This document shows, in pieces, positions 22,372 through 30,927 of a DNA stretch of 54,053 nt. Position 1 is the stretch's first letter. Each line of letters opens with the position of its first letter. The position numbers were made by a program, and so were the translations under genes. The DNA comes from an uncultured bacterium (GTDB lineage: Bacteria; DAOPZR01). The notes below the pieces were generated by a model, which was not told the DNA's origin, ran no database searches, and saw only the letters and a list, made by a program, of their open reading frames with translations. The stretch is taken from the NCBI GenBank assembly GCA_964517215.1, contig CAZFBR010000003.1, positions 1 through 54,053 of the forward strand, written 5' to 3'.

Positions 22372-23760
22372 TTATAACCGTGCGTTGATCATTTGGCAAG
22401 CGTCCCGCACGCCGTTTTCCGCTGCCAGCGCGGCGCCGAGTGCGACCGCCCGCGCACGGCAGGTGCCGGTCAGAACTTTTTCCCGCAACAGCCAGGCGAG
22501 GCTGGCGACAGTGGCGCGATGCGGATGGATCGCGGCACCAACACCCAGTTGCACGATGCGCATGGCGTTGTGAAACTGGTCGTTGCCGTACGGTTCAACC
22601 AGCATCGAACGGCCATGCCGCAGCGCCCGGGCGGTTGTGCCGATGCCGCCGTGATGCATTACTGCCGCCACCCGGGGAAAGAGGTAATCGTGCGGTATAT
22701 GCCCGGCGAGCATGACCGTGCCGGCCGCCAGTAGTCCGGGCGCGAGATGATTGCCCAACCCCGTCCACCCCGCCTGGATCAGCAACGGGTACTGCAATGC
22801 CGACGCGGCGGCGGCGTAGCGCGCCACCACTGCCGCCTGATCGGCGACCGGCTGGCTGCTGAACGTCAGCAGCAGCGGCGGCGGATCGTTCGACAGGAAT
22901 GCCTCGAGCTCCGGGTCCGGTTGCCACGCCTGCTCCGAGGGACTCTGTCCGAACCAGAATCCGGTCTGGGTGATGGCGTCAGCGAAAGTCGCTGCCGGGC
23001 GGCAGAAATGGCGACTGGCACCGAGGATGATATGCGATGCCATGCGGGCATTCGCATACGCCGTTGGTGGCAGGGGAGCGAGCCTGAGGTGGCGGCGAAA
23101 ACCATTGAGTCGGTCGGCTAACAGCTGCTGCATTGCGCGGTGGGATGCATCGTCACGACTGCACCCGGAGAAAAGGGCCGGGGTGACTGTGAGGGAGAGC
23201 CACGGGATCGCGGTATACTCGTGGACGAGTTCGCCGGCAAGCTGACCGGGTGCGCAGAGCAGAAGATCCGCACCGGCGCATGCCTGACAGCAGTCGGAAA
23301 AATAGGCCGGCAAATCGATATTGTTCGGGTCGAAATCCACCGGGCGCCCGGACCAATGATCCCAATCCGCATAGCGCCGCCTGGCCAGAGCCGGATTGAT
23401 GTCAGGCCGGCAGGGATGAAAACCCAATCCGGCCCGGCGCACCAGGTCGGCGCACGACGGGGCTGCGGCAAACCGCACCTGATGCCCCTGTGCGTGCAGT
23501 GCCTGGCCAAGTATCAGATAGGGAATCAGGTCGCCATACGTTCCTGCAGTGGCGATGACCACACAAGACAATTGGCGGCCTCCCGGGAAAGGCGGTGTTC
23601 GTTGCGGCAACAATCCAGCGGCAAATCCGCAGTGGTGCGGTGTCAGAAGAGTTTTGACCTGCCGCATCAATCCGCGCCGCAACCGCATCGTAGCACCCGC
23701 GTCACCCACCGTCAATGGAACGAACGGCCCGGCGACGGCAGCACCACATCCCGTTGCCAC
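22372..23760 (-). CDS. GT1-family (MGT/UDP-glycosyltransferase-like) glycosyltransferase
   Basis: N-terminal Rossmann VVIATAGTYGDLIPYLILGQAL and a C-terminal sugar-donor motif HHGGIGTTARAL..G..M..P..NDQFHNA. The start is uncertain (alternatives at 23688 and 23667). The stop lies 24 nt upstream of the NHLP precursor ORF. Confidence 0.8.
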   Translation of the reverse strand: MATGCGAAVAGPFVPLTVGDAGATMRLRRGLMRQVKTLLTPHHCGFAAGLLPQRTPPFPGGRQLSCVVIATAGTYGDLIPYLILGQALHAQGHQVRFAAAPSCADLVRRAGLGFHPCRPDINPALARRRYADWDHWSGRPVDFDPNNIDLPAYFSDCCQACAGADLLLCAPGQLAGELVHEYTAIPWLSLTVTPALFSGCSRDDASHRAMQQLLADRLNGFRRHLRLAPLPPTAYANARMASHIILGASRHFCRPAATFADAITQTGFWFGQSPSEQAWQPDPELEAFLSNDPPPLLLTFSSQPVADQAAVVARYAAAASALQYPLLIQAGWTGLGNHLAPGLLAAGTVMLAGHIPHDYLFPRVAAVMHHGGIGTTARALRHGRSMLVEPYGNDQFHNAMRIVQLGVGAAIHPHRATVASLAWLLREKVLTGTCRARAVALGAALAAENGVRDACQMINARL

Positions 23761-23819
23761 CCGGACCGGCGTGCTGTTTGACGGTGAGCGTTGCGGTGCC
23801 TGTTGCCGGTCGCGCGGAC

Positions 23820-24125
23820 ATGCATGTCTGCCCGCATTCCCCGGAGACCGCGCCGGAGCAGTTCGTGCGCTGGCTGCGCTGCGGATTCGAACGGGCTCGC
23901 GCTGCGGTGGCTGCCTGGCGGATTGCGTTTGACACCGGCGTCATGCATGCCGCGGCAGAGGAACAGGTCGCGGAGCGGGCAGGGATTTTGGATGCAGAAG
24001 AACCCGGTTGTGAACATGCGGAGTGGATGTCCGAAAAATTCTACCGCCGCATGGTGATGCTGCTGGCGGAGAGCAGCGAAGAAATCCCGCAGTTGGTCAC
24101 GAACGACAATCGTCCCGCAGCGTAA
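23820..24125 (+). CDS. Hypothetical small protein
   Basis: 101-aa ORF from ATG 23820 with mostly G/C third codon positions. No motif recognised. Confidence 0.4.
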   Translation: MHVCPHSPETAPEQFVRWLRCGFERARAAVAAWRIAFDTGVMHAAAEEQVAERAGILDAEEPGCEHAEWMSEKFYRRMVMLLAESSEEIPQLVTNDNRPAA

Positions 24126-24342
24126 TGCCATGCGGCGACAGCGCACCGCAATGACCGCGGTACGGGGAGTACGCACTCCCGGATCATGGGAATCATCACA
24201 ATGAACGGTACGCGGACACATCACCGGTCGCGGTTGCCGGGGGATGCGGTGCTGCAACAAAGAGCGTCGTGCCGTGTATCCCCTACCAGCAGCACCAACC
24301 ATTGGCAGAAAACCAAGTATCAACCGGAAAGGGGCGAAACAA

Positions 24343-25296
24343 ATGCGGAAGGTGCATGACAATCTGTACCGGTCAGCACGGCCGGGGTATGACGAAGAAC
24401 GGAATGACCGCAGCACGGTGGACCGGTTCATCGCCGGCTTGAAAGAACGGGGCATTGCCAGCATTATCACCATGCTCGACCAGCACCAGCTGGCCGGCTA
24501 TGACCTGCCGCGGAGTATGGGTCTCATCGAATATTACCGACGTGCGGGGTTTAGGGTCGTGCACCGCCCGGTTCGCGATCACGCCACCCCGCCCGTGCCG
24601 CAGGCAACGCTCGAGCTCATTCTTTCCGACTACCTCGACTGCCCCAAGCCGGTGCTGATCCATTGCTCGGCGGGCTGCTCCCGCACCGGAGCGGTGATCA
24701 GATTTCTGGAACGGTGCGGTGCCGACGCCTTCTACCGGCAGGTGATTGAGCTCGCCACGGACTGTGCCACGGTCCGTCCGCTGGCACACTTTCGCCAGGT
24801 GGCGACGCTGGCGCTCCAGCTGTACGATCTGCTGCAGGCAAAACACGGCCTGCCCGCAGCCTGGCGCGCGACGCTGTGGATGGGTGCAATGCTGCACGAC
24901 ATCGGGACCGTGTACCCGGAAACGCCCAACCATGCCTGCACTTCCGGACGGATGATCGCTGACCGGCATTTCCAGTCGCCGCCGCAGGTCGAACCGTTCA
25001 ACGCCGCCACGATTGCCGGGCTTCACGGCATTTCGCCAGATCCGGCGTATCCGCTCGGCCCGATGAACGGCCCGTTCAATAATGACGGGACCGGGAGCAT
25101 TTGCCGCGACCTGCAGGTGCTCGTCGCCATCCTGCGTGTTGCCGACGGGTTCGACCGCGACCTGTCGCAGGCCGTACAGGGTTTGCGCTTGTCCCGGAAC
25201 GTGATCTCCTGTGTTCCCCACAAGGACCCGAACACTGCGTCAGCGAAGCACAAGCAGGCGCTGCTGCAGCAGTTGCTGCAAGTCAGGGTGGAGTGA
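24343..25296 (+). CDS. Fusion of a Cys-based protein-tyrosine/dual-specificity phosphatase-like domain with an HD-domain phosphohydrolase
   Basis: The ATG at 24343 is preceded by GGAAAGGGG. The P-loop VLIHCSAGCSRTGAV has the form HCx5R(S/T). Downstream are GAMLHDIG (HD motif) and LRVADGFDR. Confidence 0.7.
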   Translation: MRKVHDNLYRSARPGYDEERNDRSTVDRFIAGLKERGIASIITMLDQHQLAGYDLPRSMGLIEYYRRAGFRVVHRPVRDHATPPVPQATLELILSDYLDCPKPVLIHCSAGCSRTGAVIRFLERCGADAFYRQVIELATDCATVRPLAHFRQVATLALQLYDLLQAKHGLPAAWRATLWMGAMLHDIGTVYPETPNHACTSGRMIADRHFQSPPQVEPFNAATIAGLHGISPDPAYPLGPMNGPFNNDGTGSICRDLQVLVAILRVADGFDRDLSQAVQGLRLSRNVISCVPHKDPNTASAKHKQALLQQLLQVRVE

Positions 25297-25555
25297 ACGG
25301 GGAAACGCCGGTAGCAGGGACGGAACAGCACACAATCGTCGTGCCCGCGCTGTCGCGTGGGGAATCAGCCGGCATCTCGACAACGCACAAGGCGTCATTG
25401 TCGGCGATTCGTGCTTCGCGGGATGGCAGTGTGCTCGCGGCTGGACGACACGGCAGCATGGGGCAGTCGGGTGACGCGTGAACGACAGCGCTGAACCTGG
25501 AAAGCAGGGCATGACCGGATCCGGCGAACATGTTTGCCGGCGATCCCGTTGAGGA

Positions 25556-25906
25556 TTGACCCGTTACGGTGCTGGTGTTACTATGCGCTGCGTGCATGCT
25601 GCTGATGTATGGAGGGTGTTACGGGAAATACCGGGAAAAGTAATTCGCGAAGAGAGCATCAGCCCGGCGTGGATCAACGCGCACAAGCTGGCTGCACCGC
25701 TGCGGACCGAGGTCAAGCAATTGAGCAAGCGGACTGTCGAGCTGGAGATGCAGTTACTGATCAAAGTGCTGCCACGATTGGCAGCCGGGAAAAGGGGGAA
25801 ACGCGCCCTGCGGCTCGCGCTGAAGCTAAAAGCAGTTGCTCTGTGTTGTGTAGGGCGCAGAGCGGCGAAGCTGCCCGTGACCGGACTCTTCGGCGGCGGC
25901 ACGTAG
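25556..25906 (+). CDS. Possible hypothetical protein; start uncertain
   Basis: The frame has G/C-rich third positions between about 25650 and 25790 and helix-like sequence (KQLSKRTVELEMQLLIKVL). A TTGACC-17-TACTAT promoter-like element at 25556-25584 overlaps the nominal start. Confidence 0.3.
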   Translation: MTRYGAGVTMRCVHAADVWRVLREIPGKVIREESISPAWINAHKLAAPLRTEVKQLSKRTVELEMQLLIKVLPRLAAGKRGKRALRLALKLKAVALCCVGRRAAKLPVTGLFGGGT

Positions 25907-25934
25907 CGCAGGCGGGCGGCGGCGGTCATCTGGC

Positions 25935-28900
25935 ATGAATCCCGACCAGCGGCTGTGGCAGGCGGGCGAGCGTTGGGACGAGCGTCTCGCCCGTGCGGCC
26001 GCTGGCGCAGCACACGGCAGGACCACCGTTCCGGATCAGCGCCTGCTCGATGGCTGGCGCCGTGCGGTTGACGGCAATGACGGCAGCCTGTTCGCCCGTC
26101 GGCTGGCATGGGCGGGGCTGGATGAACGCGCGGCGATCAGTGCCCTCACCGACAACGTAGCGATCACCATCGCGCCCGCCTGGTGGCCGGCGTACGTGCG
26201 GCTGCGCGATGCCGCGCGCGCGGCGGCAGCAGGCCCGCAGGATGACGCGGCGTGGCTTGCCGCCGTCACGACGTCGTGCGGTGAAGCGGATATCACCGTG
26301 CCGTTCATCCATCTCTGGCTGCCGGCGGTGCAGCGGACATGGGCGGATTCTCACGCACGACGAACGGACTGTGGCGGCGCGGCAGCTGTTGACGCTGCGG
26401 CTGCTCGCGATGCGCAGTTGTGGCTGGCCGGGCGCCTGGCGTATCTCGCAGTACGTTCCCTCATGGCATTGTTTACCGCCACCCGCCCGGCGGCAGAGTC
26501 ATTCGCCTGCGCGCTCGGCGGAGACCTGCCGCAAGCTGACCGCGCGAGGTATGCCGCGTTCACGCGCGCCATGGCCGCCGACGGCCTGAATGCGCTGGCA
26601 GAAAAATGTCCTGTGCTGCCCCGCCTGCTGGCCGTCGCCGTGCAGCATGGGGAAGAAATGCTCGGTGAGCTGCTGGCACGCCTGCAGGCCGACGCGGACG
26701 CGGTGGCGGATGTGTTTGGTGCTGCACGGCCGCTGCGCGTGCTGCGCCTGATGCCCGGCGCCGGCGATGCGCATCGCGGCGGCCGCACGGTGACGATCAT
26801 CACCCTTGCGGGTGCCGCCGCGCCGGTGCGCGTCGTCTATAAACCGAAGGATATGCGGCTCGAGCATGCCTATCACGCACTGGCGGCGGAATACGTCGGC
26901 ATGCCGGCCGGCGCATCAGCGGTACGCGTGCTCGCAGTTGGCGACACACACGGTTACGTCACCTTCATTGCACACCGCCCGGCCGGCAGCACGGCAGAAC
27001 GCGCGGTTTTCTACCGCAATGCCGGGCGGCTGCTCGCCCTGCTGCACCTGCTCGGCGCCACCGACTGCCATTACGGAAACATCATCGCCTGCGGGGACAT
27101 GCCGGTGCTGATCGATCCTGAGACGCTGTTCGACAGCCGGGTGGGCAGCGGCGAGCGCACGGAGGAGACGGCAGGGCTTCCGGGCGATTTCGGCACCTCG
27201 GTGCTGCGCGTCGGCATGCTCCCGTCCTGGCAGTACAGTGCGGCGCGGAAGCGGGCGACGGACATTAGCGCGCTCGGCGCCGATCCTGAAGATGCAGCCG
27301 CGATGACGGTCGGCTGGCGCCAGGTCAACACCGACGCGATAGCGTTCGGGCCGCACGAATCCCCGCGCCCGGAATATCACAGTCTGCCGGTCGGCAGCGG
27401 GGAAGCCAATCCGCTGCCGCAATATGTCGATGAACTTGCGGACGGTTTTGCCGGCGGCTATCGCGCGCTGCTGGCGCCGGGACAGCGCGAAAAACTGGCG
27501 AAGCAGCTCGCCGGCCTGACCGGCATGCGGCGGCGGTCGGTTCTGCGCGCGACCCGCATATATGCGGTCATGGAACAGCGGCTCTGCTCGCCGCCCTGCC
27601 TGCGCTCGGCGGCAGCGCGCGGCCTCGAGCTCGAGCGGCTCGCGCGCGGCTGCCTCGCCGGCGCGCAGCCGCACCCGTACCGGGAACTGTTCACGGCCGA
27701 ATTGCACGACATGGAGATGCTGGATATTCCGTATTTCGATCATGCGCTCGGTTCGCGCGACCTGTGCGGCGGCGGGCGCGTCATCTGCGGGGCGCTGGCG
27801 GAAGACGGGCTGAACGCTGCCATCGAGCGCGTGCGGCGGGCGGCGCCGGCGGATATCGATTGGCAGGTTCAGCTCATCCGTGCCGCTGCGGGCGCCCGCA
27901 GCTATCGCATGGGCGGGACTGCAACGGCTGCGGCCATCTCCGGCGCTGCTGACAGCGGCGCGTGGCGTGACGGCGAGCAGGCGGCGCTGTTTGCCGGTCT
28001 CCTCGACCAGCTCGAGCGCAGCGCCGTGCGTGACGCCGGCGGCCGGCGCACCTGGCTCAGCTTCGGCCTGCTGGGCGACGGGATGCAGGCCGGACTCAGC
28101 ATAATGGATGACGGGCTCTATTCGGGTCGCGCCGGGCTCGTGGCGTTTCTTGCCACGCTGGCGGCGGCGGACGTGTCGCGCGCGGTGACCAGCCGCGCCG
28201 CCGCGCTGGCAGAAGAAACATGGCATCCGCTCGGGGAACGGCTGATGGATGCGCAGTCGCCGGCGGTGTCCCGGATACTGCGTGACGGCGGGCTCGGCCT
28301 GGCCGGCGCCGGGGGAATATTGCAGCTGCTCGCGCTGCCCGGCATCCCGGTGCCGGCTGCCGCGCGGGAGAGCATGTGCATGCGCCTCATCGCTGCGATC
28401 GATGCGGGGGTGGTGGCGCAGGATATGCGGCTTGATATCATTGGCGGTGCGGCAGGGGCGATCGGCCCTGTGGCTGCTCTCGGCGGCACGGTGGACGAGC
28501 AGCAGCTGCATGCAGTGCTGCGGCGGCTGGCCGCGCACCTGCTTGCGCGGCAGGACGCGCGCACCGGCGGCTGGCTGACGCCGGTGGCGCCGCGCGCCCT
28601 CACCGGCTATGCGCATGGCGCTGCCGGCATCGGCCTCGCGCTGCTGCGTGCCGGCACGGTGCTTGGTGATGAGCGCTGTCTGGCAGCCGGGGCGCGTGCG
28701 TTTGCACACGAGCGCGCGATGTTTGACGCGCGCAGGGGCAACTGGCCCGACCTGCGCGGCGCGGCGCCCGGATACATGCATGCCTGGTGTCATGGTGCGG
28801 CGGGGATTGGACTGGCACGGTGGCGCGCGCTGCAGCTGCTGCCGTCACATCCCGAGGCGGCATACTGGCGCGAGGAACTGCGCCTGGCGGGAACCGCGAT

Positions 28901-29189
28901 CGCTGCAGTCACGCTGCCGGCAGACCACCTGTGCTGCGGCAATGCCGGCCGGGCCGTGACCCTGCAGGCGCTCGGCAACTGGACAGGTGACCGGTCACTG
29001 ACCGGCGCGGGGAACACGGCGACTGAAATGATACGCGCGCACTGGCGTGCGACCGGAGCTTTCCGCGGCAACGATCTGGGGACGGGGACCACGGTTGGTA
29101 TCGCCGGTTTCATGACCGGGTTGCCGGGCATCGGCATGCACCTGCTGGGAGAGCAGGCAAAAACGGCGCTTCTGGCGCTGCTCGCGTGA
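25935..29189 (+). CDS. lanM: Class II lanthipeptide synthetase LanM, ProcM-like CCG type
   Basis: 1084 aa. Dehydratase/kinase-like motifs GDAHRGGRTV, VYKPKD and TDCHYGNIIA..PVLIDPE. The C-terminal LanC-like cyclase has GYAHGAAGIG, HAWCHGAAGIG and LCCGNAGR (Cys-Cys-Gly rather than Cys-His-Gly). Confidence 0.9.
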   Translation: MNPDQRLWQAGERWDERLARAAAGAAHGRTTVPDQRLLDGWRRAVDGNDGSLFARRLAWAGLDERAAISALTDNVAITIAPAWWPAYVRLRDAARAAAAGPQDDAAWLAAVTTSCGEADITVPFIHLWLPAVQRTWADSHARRTDCGGAAAVDAAAARDAQLWLAGRLAYLAVRSLMALFTATRPAAESFACALGGDLPQADRARYAAFTRAMAADGLNALAEKCPVLPRLLAVAVQHGEEMLGELLARLQADADAVADVFGAARPLRVLRLMPGAGDAHRGGRTVTIITLAGAAAPVRVVYKPKDMRLEHAYHALAAEYVGMPAGASAVRVLAVGDTHGYVTFIAHRPAGSTAERAVFYRNAGRLLALLHLLGATDCHYGNIIACGDMPVLIDPETLFDSRVGSGERTEETAGLPGDFGTSVLRVGMLPSWQYSAARKRATDISALGADPEDAAAMTVGWRQVNTDAIAFGPHESPRPEYHSLPVGSGEANPLPQYVDELADGFAGGYRALLAPGQREKLAKQLAGLTGMRRRSVLRATRIYAVMEQRLCSPPCLRSAAARGLELERLARGCLAGAQPHPYRELFTAELHDMEMLDIPYFDHALGSRDLCGGGRVICGALAEDGLNAAIERVRRAAPADIDWQVQLIRAAAGARSYRMGGTATAAAISGAADSGAWRDGEQAALFAGLLDQLERSAVRDAGGRRTWLSFGLLGDGMQAGLSIMDDGLYSGRAGLVAFLATLAAADVSRAVTSRAAALAEETWHPLGERLMDAQSPAVSRILRDGGLGLAGAGGILQLLALPGIPVPAAARESMCMRLIAAIDAGVVAQDMRLDIIGGAAGAIGPVAALGGTVDEQQLHAVLRRLAAHLLARQDARTGGWLTPVAPRALTGYAHGAAGIGLALLRAGTVLGDERCLAAGARAFAHERAMFDARRGNWPDLRGAAPGYMHAWCHGAAGIGLARWRALQLLPSHPEAAYWREELRLAGTAIAAVTLPADHLCCGNAGRAVTLQALGNWTGDRSLTGAGNTATEMIRAHWRATGAFRGNDLGTGTTVGIAGFMTGLPGIGMHLLGEQAKTALLALLA

Positions 29190-29229
29190 TAGGGTCAGTG
29201 CGTGCGCAGCGGTGCAGGCCCGCGACCGC

Positions 29230-29505
29230 TTAGCACCTCAGGGTGCACCAGGCGTTTGTCCACGGGTTGTCGCAGTAAATCCAGTCGGTGGGCGGGAAGG
29301 TATACCCGCCGGCGACCTGCTCCAGCTCGGTATCGGACAGGTCGTCCGACGTGGTGGCGAAGAAATCCTTCGCAGTAACGGTGAACCCGGCTGCCGTCGC
29401 GCGCTGCTCGAACTCTTCCGCACTGCCCGCAGTGGCGAGTTGCTCGCGCAGTTCGCGGTTGTCACGCAGCGCCGCCAGCAGCGCTTCCATATTCTTATCG
29501 GTCAT
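29230..29505 (-). CDS. lanA: Nif11-leader lanthipeptide precursor (prochlorosin-like LanA)
   Basis: The ATG at 29505 is preceded by AAGGAAAAGGA. The leader MTDKNMEALLAALRDNRELREQLATAGSAEEFEQRATAAGFTVTAKDF...LSDTELEQVAGG is Nif11-type and ends in GG. The core YTFPPTDWIYCDNPWTNAWCTLRC has 3 Cys and 4 Thr. Confidence 0.85.
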   Translation of the reverse strand: MTDKNMEALLAALRDNRELREQLATAGSAEEFEQRATAAGFTVTAKDFFATTSDDLSDTELEQVAGGYTFPPTDWIYCDNPWTNAWCTLRC

Positions 29506-29536
29506 GACAGATCCTTTTCCTTGCAGAATATGGAAA

Positions 29537-29565
29537 AACATACCCTGTGACGGTGTTATTGTCAA
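29537..29565 (-). promoter_or_regulatory. Candidate sigma70 promoter TTGACA-17 nt-TATGTT for the Nif11 precursor
   Basis: On the minus strand, TTGACA is at 29565-29560 and TATGTT at 29542-29537, about 30 nt upstream of the ATG at 29505. Confidence 0.4.
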
Positions 29566-29799
29566 GGCGGACGCCTTGGGCCAGTCGTTCTGCCGGGCGG
29601 CTCCGAGTTTTGACGCGGGCAGAGTATGGTGTTAGAGTTTGAACGGGTGCGGGCGACGCCGGTATTTCTGTCGCAGCGCCTGTCGAATACGCGACGGGGC
29701 GGGAAAGCGTCATGCGGATCATCTCATCGGCCCGGCAGCAGCGCTGCGGTGTGCCGGCGGTTCCTATGGTGATTTTTGCGACAGCAGAGACGGGAGTCC

Positions 29800-29922
29800 A
29801 TGCGCGGGCAGTGCCCCTGCGGGTCGTGCCACGGCTCCGGTTGCTGCAACACCTGCAACGGGACCGGGCGGTTCCTGGGCTCGGGCGAGACCGGTTGCAG
29901 CACCTGCGGCGGCGGCCAATGA
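29800..29922 (+). CDS. Small Cys-rich protein (40 aa) with DnaJ-type CxxCxGxG repeats; paralog of the 36075 gene
   Basis: Too short to appear in the ORF track. GGGAG lies 4 nt before the ATG at 29800. Translation: MRGQCPCGSCHGSGCCNTCNGTGRFLGSGETGCSTCGGGQ. Over 90 nt (29818-29907 vs 36180-36269) identity is 76/90, and 10 of the 14 differences are synonymous. Confidence 0.55.
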   Translation: MRGQCPCGSCHGSGCCNTCNGTGRFLGSGETGCSTCGGGQ

Positions 29923-30009
29923 TAGCCGGCGGTCCGGTGGCAGGTCGCGACGGGTCGCGGACGGCCGGGTGATGTCGTCGGCGGACGGTAATCGCGGCGG
30001 GATGCGCTG

Positions 30010-30927
30010 ATGACACACACGCACCCCCGCCGCCCGCAACCGCGGACCGTACGCAGGCCGGCGGCCTGGCGGGACGCGGACCTCTACCGGCAGAAAATCT
30101 GCAGGGTCTGCGGCGCGTCGTCGCCGCGGGCGGGTTGGAAGAACTGCGGCGGCTGTCCGGCCTGCGTCGCCCGGGTCCGGGAGAAGAAGCTGGCGGCAAC
30201 GGCCGGCTGCCCCGCCTGCGACGGGTCCGGAACCGCGGTCCTGCAGTGGCGACAGGGCGGTGCCGGCAGCGCCCGTGCCGCGAAGTATCGGGCGTTCATC
30301 CGGCCGCAGCGGAACTTGCGTTTCGGCACCCTCCATGCCTGCACCCGCTGCGCGGCGCTGTGGGTGCTGGACCTGCACAAAAGGTACATGCGGCTGGTGC
30401 TGAAACGGCGGCGGGAACTGTTCACGGCATGGTGCACCCGGCCGCAGGTGCTGCCGCGACCGCTGCTGCGCCGGGCGCTGGCGATCGGCGCAGTCCGCTA
30501 CGATGAATTCGCCTACGTACCCTGCCGGGTAACGACGCGCGACGGCGTGACGCACGCGCATGCGTTGCTCAGTTTCCAGGCGGAACCGCCGATCGACGAC
30601 TGGCGGAAGAACCTGCGGCTGGCGACGGACATTCGCGACCTGCAGCTGTCGCCGCAGGCGCTACCGCTGCCGGTGCGCACAGCGACGACCGATTTCTGGG
30701 ACGCCCCGTACGGCGGCGCCCTTGCCGCCACGCCGGCGGGCGCATATGTGCATGTCCAGCCGGGCGCGCAATTCGTCACGCTCGCCGGGGTGGAGGCTGC
30801 CGATCTGCGCCTGGTGCGGCATCCGGAACGGCGGCCGCCCGGCACGCGCATCCGGCAGGCGTCCAACCGGCTGCAAAGCTGCCAGATCTTTGTGGTCGAC
30901 TGGATCCGGGAACTCGGCCGCTGCTGA
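30010..30927 (+). CDS. Hypothetical protein with N-terminal Cys-cluster (zinc-ribbon/CxxCxGxG-like) region
   Basis: 305-aa ORF. N-terminal clusters CRVCG..CGGCPAC..CPACDGSG. No further motif recognised. Confidence 0.5.
   Translation: MTHTHPRRPQPRTVRRPAAWRDADLYRQKICRVCGASSPRAGWKNCGGCPACVARVREKKLAATAGCPACDGSGTAVLQWRQGGAGSARAAKYRAFIRPQRNLRFGTLHACTRCAALWVLDLHKRYMRLVLKRRRELFTAWCTRPQVLPRPLLRRALAIGAVRYDEFAYVPCRVTTRDGVTHAHALLSFQAEPPIDDWRKNLRLATDIRDLQLSPQALPLPVRTATTDFWDAPYGGALAATPAGAYVHVQPGAQFVTLAGVEAADLRLVRHPERRPPGTRIRQASNRLQSCQIFVVDWIRELGRC

Noticed and set aside
25609-25938. 109-aa ORF whose TGA overlaps the lanM ATG (ATGA), which suggests translational coupling
   Set aside because: The translation is Arg/Ala/Gly-rich with no protein-like pattern, and G/C third-position bias favours the other frame (25556-25906). 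The overlap is probably fortuitous, although this is not certain.
26916-28793. 625-aa antisense ORF inside lanM, plus several shorter ones from 26036 to 29137
   Set aside because: High-GC shadow ORFs with Arg/Ala/Pro/Gly-rich translations and no motifs. The + strand frame carries unambiguous LanM motifs.
29506-29565. 20-codon N-terminal extension of the Nif11 precursor ORF (MTITPSQGMFFHILQGKGSV)
   Set aside because: It contains the predicted promoter (-35 at 29560-29565, -10 at 29537-29542) and the RBS of the ATG at 29505. Nif11 leaders start at MTDKNME-type sequences.
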